Assembly: GCA_947090365.1 (NCBI GenBank)
Contig: CAMUNT010000002.1
Span: 3,750-67,749 of the forward strand
Direction: 5' to 3'
From: an uncultured Clostridia bacterium
Lineage (GTDB): Bacteria; Bacillota; Clostridia; Christensenellales; Borkfalkiaceae
DNA length: 64,000 nt
This document shows positions 1-8,926 of the stretch, one piece after another. Numbering within the stretch: position 1 is the stretch's first letter; each line of letters starts with the position of its first letter. Under the pieces are notes generated by a model. It had not been told where the DNA came from. It was given only the letters and a program-made list of their open reading frames with translations, and searched no databases. Position numbers and translations under genes: made by a program.

Positions 1-1418
1 TGGTACTTTCCAGAGTAATCGGAGCGGAGGGTATCGGAATTTATCAGATTTGTCTGTCGGTTTTTGCGGTATTTCTTACCATGGCTTCAAGCGGAATTCC
101 TATAACCGTTTCCCGCCTTATAGCAAAAAATAACGCTGTAAACGACGTGCAAGGAAAGCATTCTGCCGTTACCGCCGGCGTAGTAGGCACGCTGATATTC
201 ACCATCCCCATTGCAATACTGCTGTTTTTCGGCCGGAACGCACTCGGATTCCTGTTTTCGGACGACAGATGCAAGGATATTTTCCTTTTACTTCTGCCGG
301 GACTGATTCTTACATCCGTTTACGCCGTTATGCGCGGGTCTTTCTGGGGAAATAAGCAATTCGTACCTTACAGCGTTATAGAGCTATTAGAGGACGCAGT
401 AATGGTAATTCTGGGATGCATACTGGTTTACGGCGTAACAGACCCTGTACTAGGCGCACGCAGGGCAACGATTGCGGTTGCCGTTTCTTACGTGTTTTCA
501 TTCTGCGTTTCACTGTTCTGGTACTTCCATAAAGGCGGCAAATTCGTAAACCCCAAAAGACAGCTTAAACCGCTATTTTCGGCGTCTACGCCTATTACGG
601 CTATGCGCACCTCCACCTCGCTGTTAAACTCCGCAGTTGCGGTGCTTTTACCTCTTCTTTTAATGAAATCTTACGGACTCGATAATTCGGAAGCGATAAG
701 CTTATACGGCGTTGCGATAGGAATGAGTCTGCCTATTCTGTTTATTCCGTCTTCTCTTATCGGCTCGATTTCCGTTGTAGTTGCACCCGAGCTTTCCGAA
801 AATTTTTACAGACATAAAACGGAACAGGTTAAATTCGACGTGGAAAAATCACTGAAAGCTTCAATATTTATAGCCAGCCTGCTTATTCCCATACTTTTCG
901 TGCTCGGTGACGAAATCGGCGGTTTCCTTTATTCCAACGCAATGAGCGGAGAAATCGTGCAGAGATGTTCGTTTATCCTTTTCCCTATGTGCATAACGAT
1001 GATTACTACTACGGTTTTAAACTCTATGAACCGCGAAAAGCGCACGCTGATACACTTTTTACTCGGCGCAACGGCAATGATACTAAGCATAGTTATTCTC
1101 ACCAAGTTCGTCGGCGTGTACTCTTATATGATAGGCCTAGCATTGAACTATATAATAACGGGAACTTTAAACCTTATTCTGCTTAAAAAGGTCTGCGGAA
1201 ACTTAAAATATATAAAATATATGCTTCATTCGCTGATAGGAACCGTTTCGGCGTGTGTTTTCGGTATGCTTCTGGACGGAATAATTTCAAATTACGTTTC
1301 CGCCGTATGGCAAATCGTAATATGCGGAATTGCCTGTACGGGATTCTGCACCGTATTCCTTTACTGCCTTGAAATGTTCACTTTCAGACCGCTTAAAAGA
1401 CTTATCTCGAAGAATTGA
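1..1418 (+). CDS. MOP-superfamily polysaccharide-biosynthesis protein / lipid-linked glycan flippase (SpoVB/MurJ-like), 5' end cut by the window edge
   Basis: The frame of ORF 81..1418 stays open back to nt 3 (VLSRVIGAEGIGIYQICLSVFAVFLTMASSGIP...), so the ATG at 81 is internal. Very hydrophobic multi-TM protein with a SpoVB/MurJ-type N-terminal signature. Confidence 0.75.
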   Translation, partial: VLSRVIGAEGIGIYQICLSVFAVFLTMASSGIPITVSRLIAKNNAVNDVQGKHSAVTAGVVGTLIFTIPIAILLFFGRNALGFLFSDDRCKDIFLLLLPGLILTSVYAVMRGSFWGNKQFVPYSVIELLEDAVMVILGCILVYGVTDPVLGARRATIAVAVSYVFSFCVSLFWYFHKGGKFVNPKRQLKPLFSASTPITAMRTSTSLLNSAVAVLLPLLLMKSYGLDNSEAISLYGVAIGMSLPILFIPSSLIGSISVVVAPELSENFYRHKTEQVKFDVEKSLKASIFIASLLIPILFVLGDEIGGFLYSNAMSGEIVQRCSFILFPMCITMITTTVLNSMNREKRTLIHFLLGATAMILSIVILTKFVGVYSYMIGLALNYIITGTLNLILLKKVCGNLKYIKYMLHSLIGTVSACVFGMLLDGIISNYVSAVWQIVICGIACTGFCTVFLYCLEMFTFRPLKRLISKN

Positions 1419-1770
1419 CCGTCTGCATAAACAATCTGACGGAAAGCATCACTAAAAACGCGCCGAAAAACTTTCTTAAAACGAACGACGGAAGAAGCGA
1501 TGCAGCGAACCCCGCGGCAATTGACGTTAATAGAGCGGGAATTACTATTAAAGACAGTCCTTCAGTCCTTAAAAGTCCGTTTTTTCTGTGCATATTAAGC
1601 GTAAAAAGAGCCATAGGCAGGAAAGCAATAAGATTAGTTGCCTGCGCAACGTGCTGTTCGATACCGAAAATTATCGTAAGAGCAGGAATTAAAATCGTGC
1701 CTCCACCCATACCCATTCCGCCGAGAAGCCCTGAAAAGAAACCCGCCAGTAAATACAGAATAAAACTCAA
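1402..1770 (-). CDS. TauE/SafE-family anion exporter, second half-size subunit (122 aa, TTG start)
   Basis: Second copy of the motif (GLLGGMGMGGGTILIPAL). TTG at 1770-1768 overlaps the TGA of the upstream half (TTGA) and is preceded by AAGGA. The 184-aa ORF-track version overlaps the upstream gene and is probably too long. Confidence 0.6.
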   Translation of the reverse strand: MSFILYLLAGFFSGLLGGMGMGGGTILIPALTIIFGIEQHVAQATNLIAFLPMALFTLNMHRKNGLLRTEGLSLIVIPALLTSIAAGFAASLLPSFVLRKFFGAFLVMLSVRLFMQTVNSSR

Positions 1771-2129
1771 AATATCATCCTTATTCCCGCGATTAACATT
1801 ATTGCAAGAAAAATATAATTGACCGCTTTCGACGAAAATCTGGAAAGAAAAAACGCACCGAGAAAACCGCCCGCAACCGTTCCTATGGATGCGGGTATTA
1901 TTACGTCCGCAACCGCATAACCGTTGATTATATATATAACCGCACTTGCAAGGCAAACCGGTGCAATGACGAATATCGCCGTTGCGTGCGACTGCTTGTC
2001 CTCATAACCAAGCATTCCGGAAAGCAAAGGCACCGCAACCATACCTCCTCCGCCCCCGAATATACCGTTCACCGCACCCGTAAACACGCCCGCAGTTATC
2101 CTTTTTACTAAATTGCGCTTTATTTTCAT
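1767..2129 (-). CDS. TauE/SafE-family anion exporter, half-size subunit (120 aa)
   Basis: GGGGGMVAVPLL glycine-rich TM motif typical of TauE/SafE. About 4 TM helices, half the usual ~250 aa length. Confidence 0.7.
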   Translation of the reverse strand: MKIKRNLVKRITAGVFTGAVNGIFGGGGGMVAVPLLSGMLGYEDKQSHATAIFVIAPVCLASAVIYIINGYAVADVIIPASIGTVAGGFLGAFFLSRFSSKAVNYIFLAIMLIAGIRMIF

Positions 2130-2199
2130 TATAATATAAGTATTATTTGCAATTAAAACAAAAAAATTAAAAAAAATGCTCGTTCAACGCGATAAATAC

Positions 2200-2228
2200 T
2201 TGCTTAAAGTCAGTATTTATATTAAAAT
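2200..2228 (+). promoter_or_regulatory. sigma-A-type promoter candidate for the 1424-aa surface protein gene
   Basis: TTGCTT (2200-2205), 17-nt spacer, TAAAAT (2223-2228). Confidence 0.4.
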
Positions 2229-2264
2229 AGTAAAGTACAATTTTAATTAAGGATATTGCAAAAA

Positions 2265-5200
2265 ATGTCAAAACACAGCTACAAAAAAAGAAGATTGAAA
2301 TACGTTTTCCTTGCATTCACCTGCGCAACCGCTTTTGCGTTCTCGGGAATTGCTTCCGCGTGCGACAACAACAGTTCTGACGACGATGAAAAGGACAAGA
2401 CCACGAGCAAGGAAGACACTCAGCTTCTTAAAAACGGTAATTTCGAGTTTTTTAACATACCGGAAAAGAAAAAGGACGGCAACGAGCCGGAATACCTAAT
2501 TAAAACTCCTGAAAACTGGACGCACGGCGGAACCAGTTCCAGTGCTATGTCCGGAATTATAAGCACCTCGGATACGGCTTGGGCTAAAATGGAAGCGGAC
2601 AACCTTGCATCTGTTCTCGACTACAATAACAGTCTTGACTCCTCTTCTTCAAGTTATCTCAGCGATTACGTCGATTATAACGGAATGAAATCTTCCGATA
2701 TTCTTTATCAGGATCAGTACAAGGCCCTGAAAGAAGAGGATGAAGACGATACCGATACTGATAACGATGACCCCGACGGCGACGAAACCGATCCGAAAGC
2801 GATAATCGCAAACCCCGGTACGCGGTATAACGTTAAAAAGAATGAAAGCGACGGACTTCTTTACACTGACGGCGGTAACGGCGACAGGGTTTACGAAAAC
2901 GAAAAAGGTGAATATTTCCTTGAATACAATAAGGATAAAAACGAGTATTCCAAGCCGATTTCAAACGTGCTTATGTTGCATAACTACGCTTCCTCGCACA
3001 ACGGAATAGCACAGAACTATTCTTCAGTTGAAATCGAACTCCCTGCAAACACCGCCGCTGAAATTTCGGTATGGGTAAAAACCTCTTACCTTCTTTTCAG
3101 TCAGGGCAAAAACGTTAATCAGGACAGAGGCGCGAATATTTCCGTATCACAAACAGTGGGAAGCTCTACAATAGATAAATTTACGGTTTCGTGCATAAAT
3201 ACGGAAAAACTTCTCGGAACGGGATATTACGAAAACAGAGATGCCGTCGCTGAAGATAAGTATAACGGCTGGATACAGTATACCGTATACGTTAATGCCT
3301 GTGACTTTGCTTCAAGCAAAATCAAACTTGAACTCGGTCTAGGCGAAACAAATTACCTTACGGAGGGCTACGCATTCTTCGATGACGTTACCGTAACAAA
3401 ATACGCTTCTTTGGACGACAGCAAAAGTTATCAGGATGCCGATAAGGATAATCTTGTAACCTGCAACCTTTCAACCGACGCAAGCGAGAAAATTTTCAAA
3501 GCGGACAGCTTACTGAGAAACGAAGGTCTCGGAGAAGGAATAGAAGAAAAAGACCCCCGCTACTCGGAAAACTTCCAATACCGCATCGACCTTGCTTCAG
3601 AAAACCTCGAATACGGCGACAATAACATAAACACCTACGCTCCCGTTACGTTCGGAGGACTTAAAACGGGATATACTATTGACGACAATCATTACGTATC
3701 CTCGAATTTAAAATACGAAGGCGACCTTATCGGATTTACCGATGCCAGCGTAAACCTTGACAATCAAACGAGCGGTCGTTTACCTTTCAAGTCTCCCCTT
3801 ACGACAAGCGACGATCTACTTGCGCTTGTCAATTCAGACCACGAATTTAAGGCAAACGAAACGGACTACTACGAAAAGCTTAACAATGCATTGAACAGTG
3901 CCATTGATCTGCCCAAGAACGACGTAAGCTATAATAACAATATGCTTGTTATGCTGTCGGCTTACGGTGCGGCATACACCACCTCCTTTGAGCTGAAAGT
4001 ACCGAAAGAAGGTTATCAGATAGTTTCATTCTGGGTAAAGACCTCTGATATGGAAGGAAGCACTGCCGCTACCGTTTCCATTACTCAAAAAGATAACGAC
4101 GAGAACACGTCGAGTTTCAGCCTTGACACAACAGGTACTGCGACGAATATCGGTAACGAAGAAAACGAAATAGATATATTCAACGGCTGGGTTCAGTGCT
4201 TCTTCTTCGTGCATAACGAACTGGAAAGCGAGCAGACTTTTACGGTAAAATTCAGCTTCGGAAATACCACTATTAAAGATACCGACGTCCGTTCGTATAA
4301 AAACGGTTGGGTTGCGCTTGCAAATATGCAGGCACTCAACGTAAACGAGAAAATATTCTCGTATACGGGAAGCGGTGATAACATTGCCTCACTCACCATT
4401 TCCGAAGAAGCCAAAAAGAGCGGCAACGTTTTTGACGAGGCATCGGGAAACGAAGCGCCCCAAATAAAAACCGATATGGTTATTCCTGCAAACTATAACG
4501 GCGTAAACGGCGGAAGCTCTGCAATAGTTAATAACGGCTTCGTATCAAATCCCTTTGACGATACCAAAAATAACGAATACGACGGCAAGAAATTTGCGGG
4601 ACTTATAAACAAAGAACATTTTATTCCGGAAGACAGCAGTACTAAGAGTGAATACTCAAAAGCTTGGTGGTATAACTCTTTGCTTAATAACTTCAATGCA
4701 AGCGGGCTTTCGGCTACGGACGCCTGGAATACAGTTTTCGGAACACAGTCTGTTCAGCCCCTTATCATAACCAATGTAAAGAAAGAAATTTATACTGAAA
4801 CGATGGGTGCGACAGAAGATACGTATACAACTTATTACATTAAAGACGGGGACGGATATAAATTAGCCGAAGGTACAAAATTCGATGAAAAAGAAACGTA
4901 TTACGACTTAAAAACCGTAATGAACTTCGGATATATCGGTGAAGAAACACAGGTATCCGATGACTATAAAACCGTAAGCGTCAGGGTCAAAGTAAGCAAA
5001 GGCGCAATTGCATACGTATATCTCGTAGATACATCGGCAGGAAAGAACGTGCTTACGTTCGATGCCCCCTCCTACTCCTTCTACTATGATATCGACGGCA
5101 ACGTGCTTAAAGACAAGCCTGCTTCCGACGGCAAAAAACAACCCAACATTTTATACTCGCTCCGTAGCGACGGACTTTACGAAGATGAAAGCGGTAAACT

Positions 5201-6539
5201 GTTTGCCAACACCTGGAACTATAAAAAGTTATATTATATTGAAAATATGACTTATTACGACGAAGAGGGCAATGAATTCAACATCGACCAGCTTGTCGAC
5301 GGTGTAAAATACTACGACGGCACAGGTGAAAACCGCAAGGAAGCCAACCACTACCTCGTAACGGGCGACGGAACTAAGGTTTACCATTTCACCGACGGTG
5401 CTTACCACTATATAGTCGAAGGAAAAACGCAAAGCGAAACCGTTCATCCGTTCGACGTACAGTACGCAAGATATACCGTTGATCAAAAGACGGAAGACGG
5501 CGAAATCGTAAAAACCGTAGAAGATTACAAAGAAGCCTATATGGTTGAAGTAGTCGGAAACGATCACCTCGAAAACGGCGTCCCCCAGTGGGTAAACGTA
5601 TCTTTCGTAATTCGTGCCGGAAGCGAAGCTAAATCGTACCGTCTTGAACTTTGGAGCGGTAAGCGCGAAGAAATGATAACCACAGGCAATAATGAAGGCG
5701 GAACGGTTATATTTGATTACAACTACACTTCAAGCTCAGATGCAGAATGGAAAGAATTATACGAAGATAGAATAATCTATTCTTATAAACAGCAGCTGGC
5801 GGAAAAAGAAGGCGCACTCGACAATATCGAAACGTCAGATATGAACATCAGAGACTGGGAAAAGCTTGCCATAGAAAACGGCATAAATATCGACGATAGC
5901 TATAAAGCGCACTACTACACATACAGCTTATACGATTCTGCCGACTACAAGCCGTTCAATAAGGACGTTGCAAGCGACGGTGCAACCGGTTACGATTATT
6001 CGGTATCCGATCAGACGGAAACGCTCGTGTACCTGCAAGTGAAAAACAGAAACTCTTATACGATATTTGCCGACTACTCTGAGATAGATAAATCGATAAC
6101 GCTCAATAACCCCGCAGATCCCGAACCTAATCCCGATCCTAAGCCCGACAGCTCGTCGGACGGCTCGATATGGCTTCTTGCTTCCTCCATCGTTCTCGTA
6201 ATTGCGCTTATATTTGCTATAATTGCAATATTCCTTAAAGATGCACTCAAAAAAGCGAGACGCAATAAAGTTACAAGCAAAAACAACTACGACCAGAGAA
6301 AGACTAACCGCTATAAAAGAAAGCTTCACTTGAAGAATGAAGAAATCGTAGAAGTTGATGCAATCGAAACAAAAACCGATGCTGACGTTGATTCTGAAAA
6401 AACAGAAGAAACTCCCGCCGGGGAAGAATCAGTCGATGAGGCCGTAGGCAACGAACCCGAATCAACCGATACTTCTTATTCCGAAGAAGATACCTCCGCA
6501 GGAGAAGAAACTTCAAAAGACGACGGGGAAAGCGAATAA
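2265..6539 (+). CDS. Very large (1424 aa) cell-surface protein: N-terminal lipoprotein signal, several beta-sandwich/CBM-like modules, C-terminal TM anchor and acidic cytoplasmic tail. Function unknown.
   Basis: Uninterrupted 4.3-kb ORF. ATG at 2265 lies 11 nt after AAGGA; the TTG at 2256 in the ORF track is too close to the SD. Signal peptide ends ...SGIASAC (lipobox-like). LLKNGNFEFF opener typical of CBM4/9-like modules. Pro-rich spacer, then WLLASSIVLVIALIFAIIAIFL, then KKARRNK and a D/E-rich tail. Confidence 0.85.
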   Translation: MSKHSYKKRRLKYVFLAFTCATAFAFSGIASACDNNSSDDDEKDKTTSKEDTQLLKNGNFEFFNIPEKKKDGNEPEYLIKTPENWTHGGTSSSAMSGIISTSDTAWAKMEADNLASVLDYNNSLDSSSSSYLSDYVDYNGMKSSDILYQDQYKALKEEDEDDTDTDNDDPDGDETDPKAIIANPGTRYNVKKNESDGLLYTDGGNGDRVYENEKGEYFLEYNKDKNEYSKPISNVLMLHNYASSHNGIAQNYSSVEIELPANTAAEISVWVKTSYLLFSQGKNVNQDRGANISVSQTVGSSTIDKFTVSCINTEKLLGTGYYENRDAVAEDKYNGWIQYTVYVNACDFASSKIKLELGLGETNYLTEGYAFFDDVTVTKYASLDDSKSYQDADKDNLVTCNLSTDASEKIFKADSLLRNEGLGEGIEEKDPRYSENFQYRIDLASENLEYGDNNINTYAPVTFGGLKTGYTIDDNHYVSSNLKYEGDLIGFTDASVNLDNQTSGRLPFKSPLTTSDDLLALVNSDHEFKANETDYYEKLNNALNSAIDLPKNDVSYNNNMLVMLSAYGAAYTTSFELKVPKEGYQIVSFWVKTSDMEGSTAATVSITQKDNDENTSSFSLDTTGTATNIGNEENEIDIFNGWVQCFFFVHNELESEQTFTVKFSFGNTTIKDTDVRSYKNGWVALANMQALNVNEKIFSYTGSGDNIASLTISEEAKKSGNVFDEASGNEAPQIKTDMVIPANYNGVNGGSSAIVNNGFVSNPFDDTKNNEYDGKKFAGLINKEHFIPEDSSTKSEYSKAWWYNSLLNNFNASGLSATDAWNTVFGTQSVQPLIITNVKKEIYTETMGATEDTYTTYYIKDGDGYKLAEGTKFDEKETYYDLKTVMNFGYIGEETQVSDDYKTVSVRVKVSKGAIAYVYLVDTSAGKNVLTFDAPSYSFYYDIDGNVLKDKPASDGKKQPNILYSLRSDGLYEDESGKLFANTWNYKKLYYIENMTYYDEEGNEFNIDQLVDGVKYYDGTGENRKEANHYLVTGDGTKVYHFTDGAYHYIVEGKTQSETVHPFDVQYARYTVDQKTEDGEIVKTVEDYKEAYMVEVVGNDHLENGVPQWVNVSFVIRAGSEAKSYRLELWSGKREEMITTGNNEGGTVIFDYNYTSSSDAEWKELYEDRIIYSYKQQLAEKEGALDNIETSDMNIRDWEKLAIENGINIDDSYKAHYYTYSLYDSADYKPFNKDVASDGATGYDYSVSDQTETLVYLQVKNRNSYTIFADYSEIDKSITLNNPADPEPNPDPKPDSSSDGSIWLLASSIVLVIALIFAIIAIFLKDALKKARRNKVTSKNNYDQRKTNRYKRKLHLKNEEIVEVDAIETKTDADVDSEKTEETPAGEESVDEAVGNEPESTDTSYSEEDTSAGEETSKDDGESE

Positions 6540-6552
6540 CTAAAACAAAAAA

Positions 6553-6581
6553 ATAGCAGTTGAAAAACTGCTATTTTTTTA
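6553..6581. terminator. Bidirectional rho-independent terminator
   Basis: ATAGCAGTT-gaaa-AACTGCTAT stem-loop, flanked by an A-run upstream and a T-run (6575-6581) downstream, between convergent genes. Confidence 0.8.
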
Positions 6582-6621
6582 TGCTTTAAGCCAGAATACA
6601 GCTCTTATATACTTAGTGAGA

Positions 6622-7884
6622 TTATATCCGCAACCCCTTAGGCAAATGATTTTTTGCGACACCGCCACTACATTTGCACCAGCCGAGTGGCCGATTTTCG
6701 AACGTTACCAATTTATAGCCTTTTAATCTTTCATCACAGCCGAACGTCATTCCACGAAGAAAATTTAACGCCGTATCTACGTCCACCTCGACACAGTCTG
6801 TTTCTTCCGCTTTAAGACACATAGCCAACGAGTGCGACGGTTCAACTCTTGACGCTACTTCCGCCAATCGCACTCCGGCACGCAAAGTCTGAATACTCGT
6901 TTCGGGCATTTCATACGGCAGTGAATACAGCGTACCGCCGACAAAGCAAAGGTTGTCAAAGTTTATTTTAAGGTTTTGCTTTTCCCATTCGCGGTAGAAG
7001 TTCAATCTTTTATCACTGACGGGTGAAACCCGTTTTAAATCTCGCCTGCCCCCGCTCAGCTTTTCGATTACGGCGTAAAAATGCCCCTCTCCGCGTATTT
7101 TATGCGGATAAAGCTTTTGCATTTCCAAAAGACGGCAGTCGTGCCGGGAAATAAACTTTTCTATCTGCAATTCATCCTCTTCAGGTGCAAACGTGCAGGT
7201 TGAATAAACCATTCTTCCGCCACCGCAAAGCATAGAATACGCATTGTCGAGAATATTTGCCTGTCTTTCGGCACATTTTTTTATGTTTTCAAGGCTCCAT
7301 TCGGGAATTGCCGACTCTTCCTTTTTAAACATTCCCTCACCGGAACACGGCGCATCAACAAGAATTTTGTCGAAGTACTCATTGTATTCCTGCGCAAGCT
7401 TTTCTGGCGGAGCGCACGTAACGACGGCGTTTTTAATTCCCAACCGCTCAACGTTTGACGACAGAATTTTTGCGCGGGAAAAATTAATTTCGTTCAAAAA
7501 AATTATTCCCGTACCGTTCATTTTCTGAGCAAGCTGACTGCCTTTCCCGCCGGGGGCCGAGCATAGATCAAGTACCCTTTCTCCGCCTTTAACTTCAAGT
7601 TTGGGAGCGACGCACATTGCCGAAGGCTCCTGCACGTAATAAAGCCCCTGCGCATGGTATACGGTTTTCCCCAAGCCGGCACAGGGCACGTAAAAGCCGT
7701 TCTTCTCCCACTCTACCGGTTCGAGCAAGAACGGCGATATTCGTTTAAATTCTTCAACGGATATTTTAAGGGTATTCACCCTTATCCCGCGCTCGGGCGG
7801 GCAGTCATAGCTTTTGCAAAAATCGAAAAAACCGTCACCCAGTTCCCTTTGCATCCTCAATAAAAACTCAGCGGGAAGCTTCAT
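6622..7884 (-). CDS. RsmB/RsmF-family (NOL1/NOP2/Sun) rRNA cytosine-C5 methyltransferase with C-terminal PUA-like extension
   Basis: SAM-binding CSAPGGKGSQLA and catalytic DAPCSGEGMFKK motifs. Catalytic Cys pair context (STCT). Confidence 0.85.
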   Translation of the reverse strand: MKLPAEFLLRMQRELGDGFFDFCKSYDCPPERGIRVNTLKISVEEFKRISPFLLEPVEWEKNGFYVPCAGLGKTVYHAQGLYYVQEPSAMCVAPKLEVKGGERVLDLCSAPGGKGSQLAQKMNGTGIIFLNEINFSRAKILSSNVERLGIKNAVVTCAPPEKLAQEYNEYFDKILVDAPCSGEGMFKKEESAIPEWSLENIKKCAERQANILDNAYSMLCGGGRMVYSTCTFAPEEDELQIEKFISRHDCRLLEMQKLYPHKIRGEGHFYAVIEKLSGGRRDLKRVSPVSDKRLNFYREWEKQNLKINFDNLCFVGGTLYSLPYEMPETSIQTLRAGVRLAEVASRVEPSHSLAMCLKAEETDCVEVDVDTALNFLRGMTFGCDERLKGYKLVTFENRPLGWCKCSGGVAKNHLPKGLRI

Positions 7885-8830
7885 TAAATAATTTCCTCAA
7901 ACCCTCAATATCGGTAACGGAGATTTTTTGCGCATTTTTGGCGTTGGCTGTACGCTGAGAGTTGTCGTCTGAATTGCAAACGTAAAAATCAACGCCGTTT
8001 AAATGATGAGAATAACTTCCGCCGTTTTCATAAATTTCGTCACAAAGCTGTTTCGCAAGCTGAACGTTATCCTCGATTTCGCGCGAAAACGAAAATATTT
8101 TATTGCTGAATTTGGCGTTACGCTTAATTCTTTTATGCATAACGTAGTTAAAAAATTCAATGCGTTTTTTAGAGCGCTCGCGCTTTTCTTCCGCTATTTT
8201 TCTATGATACGTTTTAACTCCCGCCGACGACGGAGAATAAATGTTGTAATTTTTAATTCTCCCTCTTGTCAGACCGTATAGTTTTATAAGCTCGTCAAGT
8301 GTACTGTTTTCGGCCTTGCAAATTGCTTCTACCACGCGCATAGTGGCATAGGCGTCGTCTACTGCGCGATGAGGAGTAAATTCAACACCCAAACTGACTG
8401 CAATACTTTCAAGCCCCGACTGATGCGAAAAATCACCGGAATAACTCATAAACATAAGCTGACTGTCAAGGAACTGAAAGTCAAACGAAGGAAGATGAAA
8501 ACGGCGCGTTTCCAAATTCAAATATTTTACGTCGTTTAAAATGGAATGCCCTAAAACGATATTATTTCTATCCTCTAAAAGCGATTTAATAAAATTATAA
8601 GACTGCTTAAACGGTGGGTAATTTTTGAACTCCGCATACGAATACGGTAAAACCAATCCCTTCTGCCCGTTCCGTCCGGTAAGGTGAAATCCACCGCGCG
8701 GATTGATAAGGATATCTTCTTTTTTAATTATATTAAATTTTTCGTCGCATACTACGTAACCGAATGCACAAATTTTAGCGGTAGTTTTATTTACGCTGGC
8801 ACATTCTATATCAAAAAACACAAAATTCAT
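7868..8830 (-). CDS. DEDDh (DnaQ-like) 3'-5' exonuclease domain protein with an extra C-terminal domain
   Basis: FFDIECAS (ExoI), HSILNDVKYL (ExoII) and HRAVDDAYAT (ExoIII, DEDDh) motifs. I prefer the ATG at 8830 (MNFVFFDIE) to the TTG at 8869, which sits inside the promoter. The stop overlaps the methyltransferase start by 17 nt. Confidence 0.75.
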   Translation of the reverse strand: MNFVFFDIECASVNKTTAKICAFGYVVCDEKFNIIKKEDILINPRGGFHLTGRNGQKGLVLPYSYAEFKNYPPFKQSYNFIKSLLEDRNNIVLGHSILNDVKYLNLETRRFHLPSFDFQFLDSQLMFMSYSGDFSHQSGLESIAVSLGVEFTPHRAVDDAYATMRVVEAICKAENSTLDELIKLYGLTRGRIKNYNIYSPSSAGVKTYHRKIAEEKRERSKKRIEFFNYVMHKRIKRNAKFSNKIFSFSREIEDNVQLAKQLCDEIYENGGSYSHHLNGVDFYVCNSDDNSQRTANAKNAQKISVTDIEGLRKLFNEASR

Positions 8831-8840
8831 ATTTTCATAA

Positions 8841-8869
8841 ATTATAACATATTTAGCGCTAAATATCAA
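8841..8869 (-). promoter_or_regulatory. Near-consensus sigma-A promoter for the exonuclease gene
   Basis: Minus strand TTGATA (8869-8864), 17 nt, TG-n-TATAAT (8846-8841). Only 10 nt separate the -10 box from the ATG at 8830, and there is no SD. Confidence 0.6.
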
Positions 8870-8891
8870 GTTAAAGATACGGGTCGCGCTC

Positions 8892-8920
8892 TTGACAAAT
8901 AAAAAAATTTATATTATAAT
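8892..8920 (+). promoter_or_regulatory. Perfect-consensus sigma-A promoter for the 243-aa gene
   Basis: TTGACA (8892-8897), exactly 17 nt, TATAAT (8915-8920). The ATG at 8927 is 7 nt from the -10 box, where a transcription start site is expected. Confidence 0.65.
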
Positions 8921-8926
8921 TTTTTT

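Noticed and set aside
1402-1956. 184-aa version of the second TauE ORF
   Set aside because: Its first ~62 codons overlap the upstream TauE half-gene out of frame and encode a Cys/Arg-rich non-membrane sequence. The TTG at 1770 with its SD and TTGA coupling is the better start.
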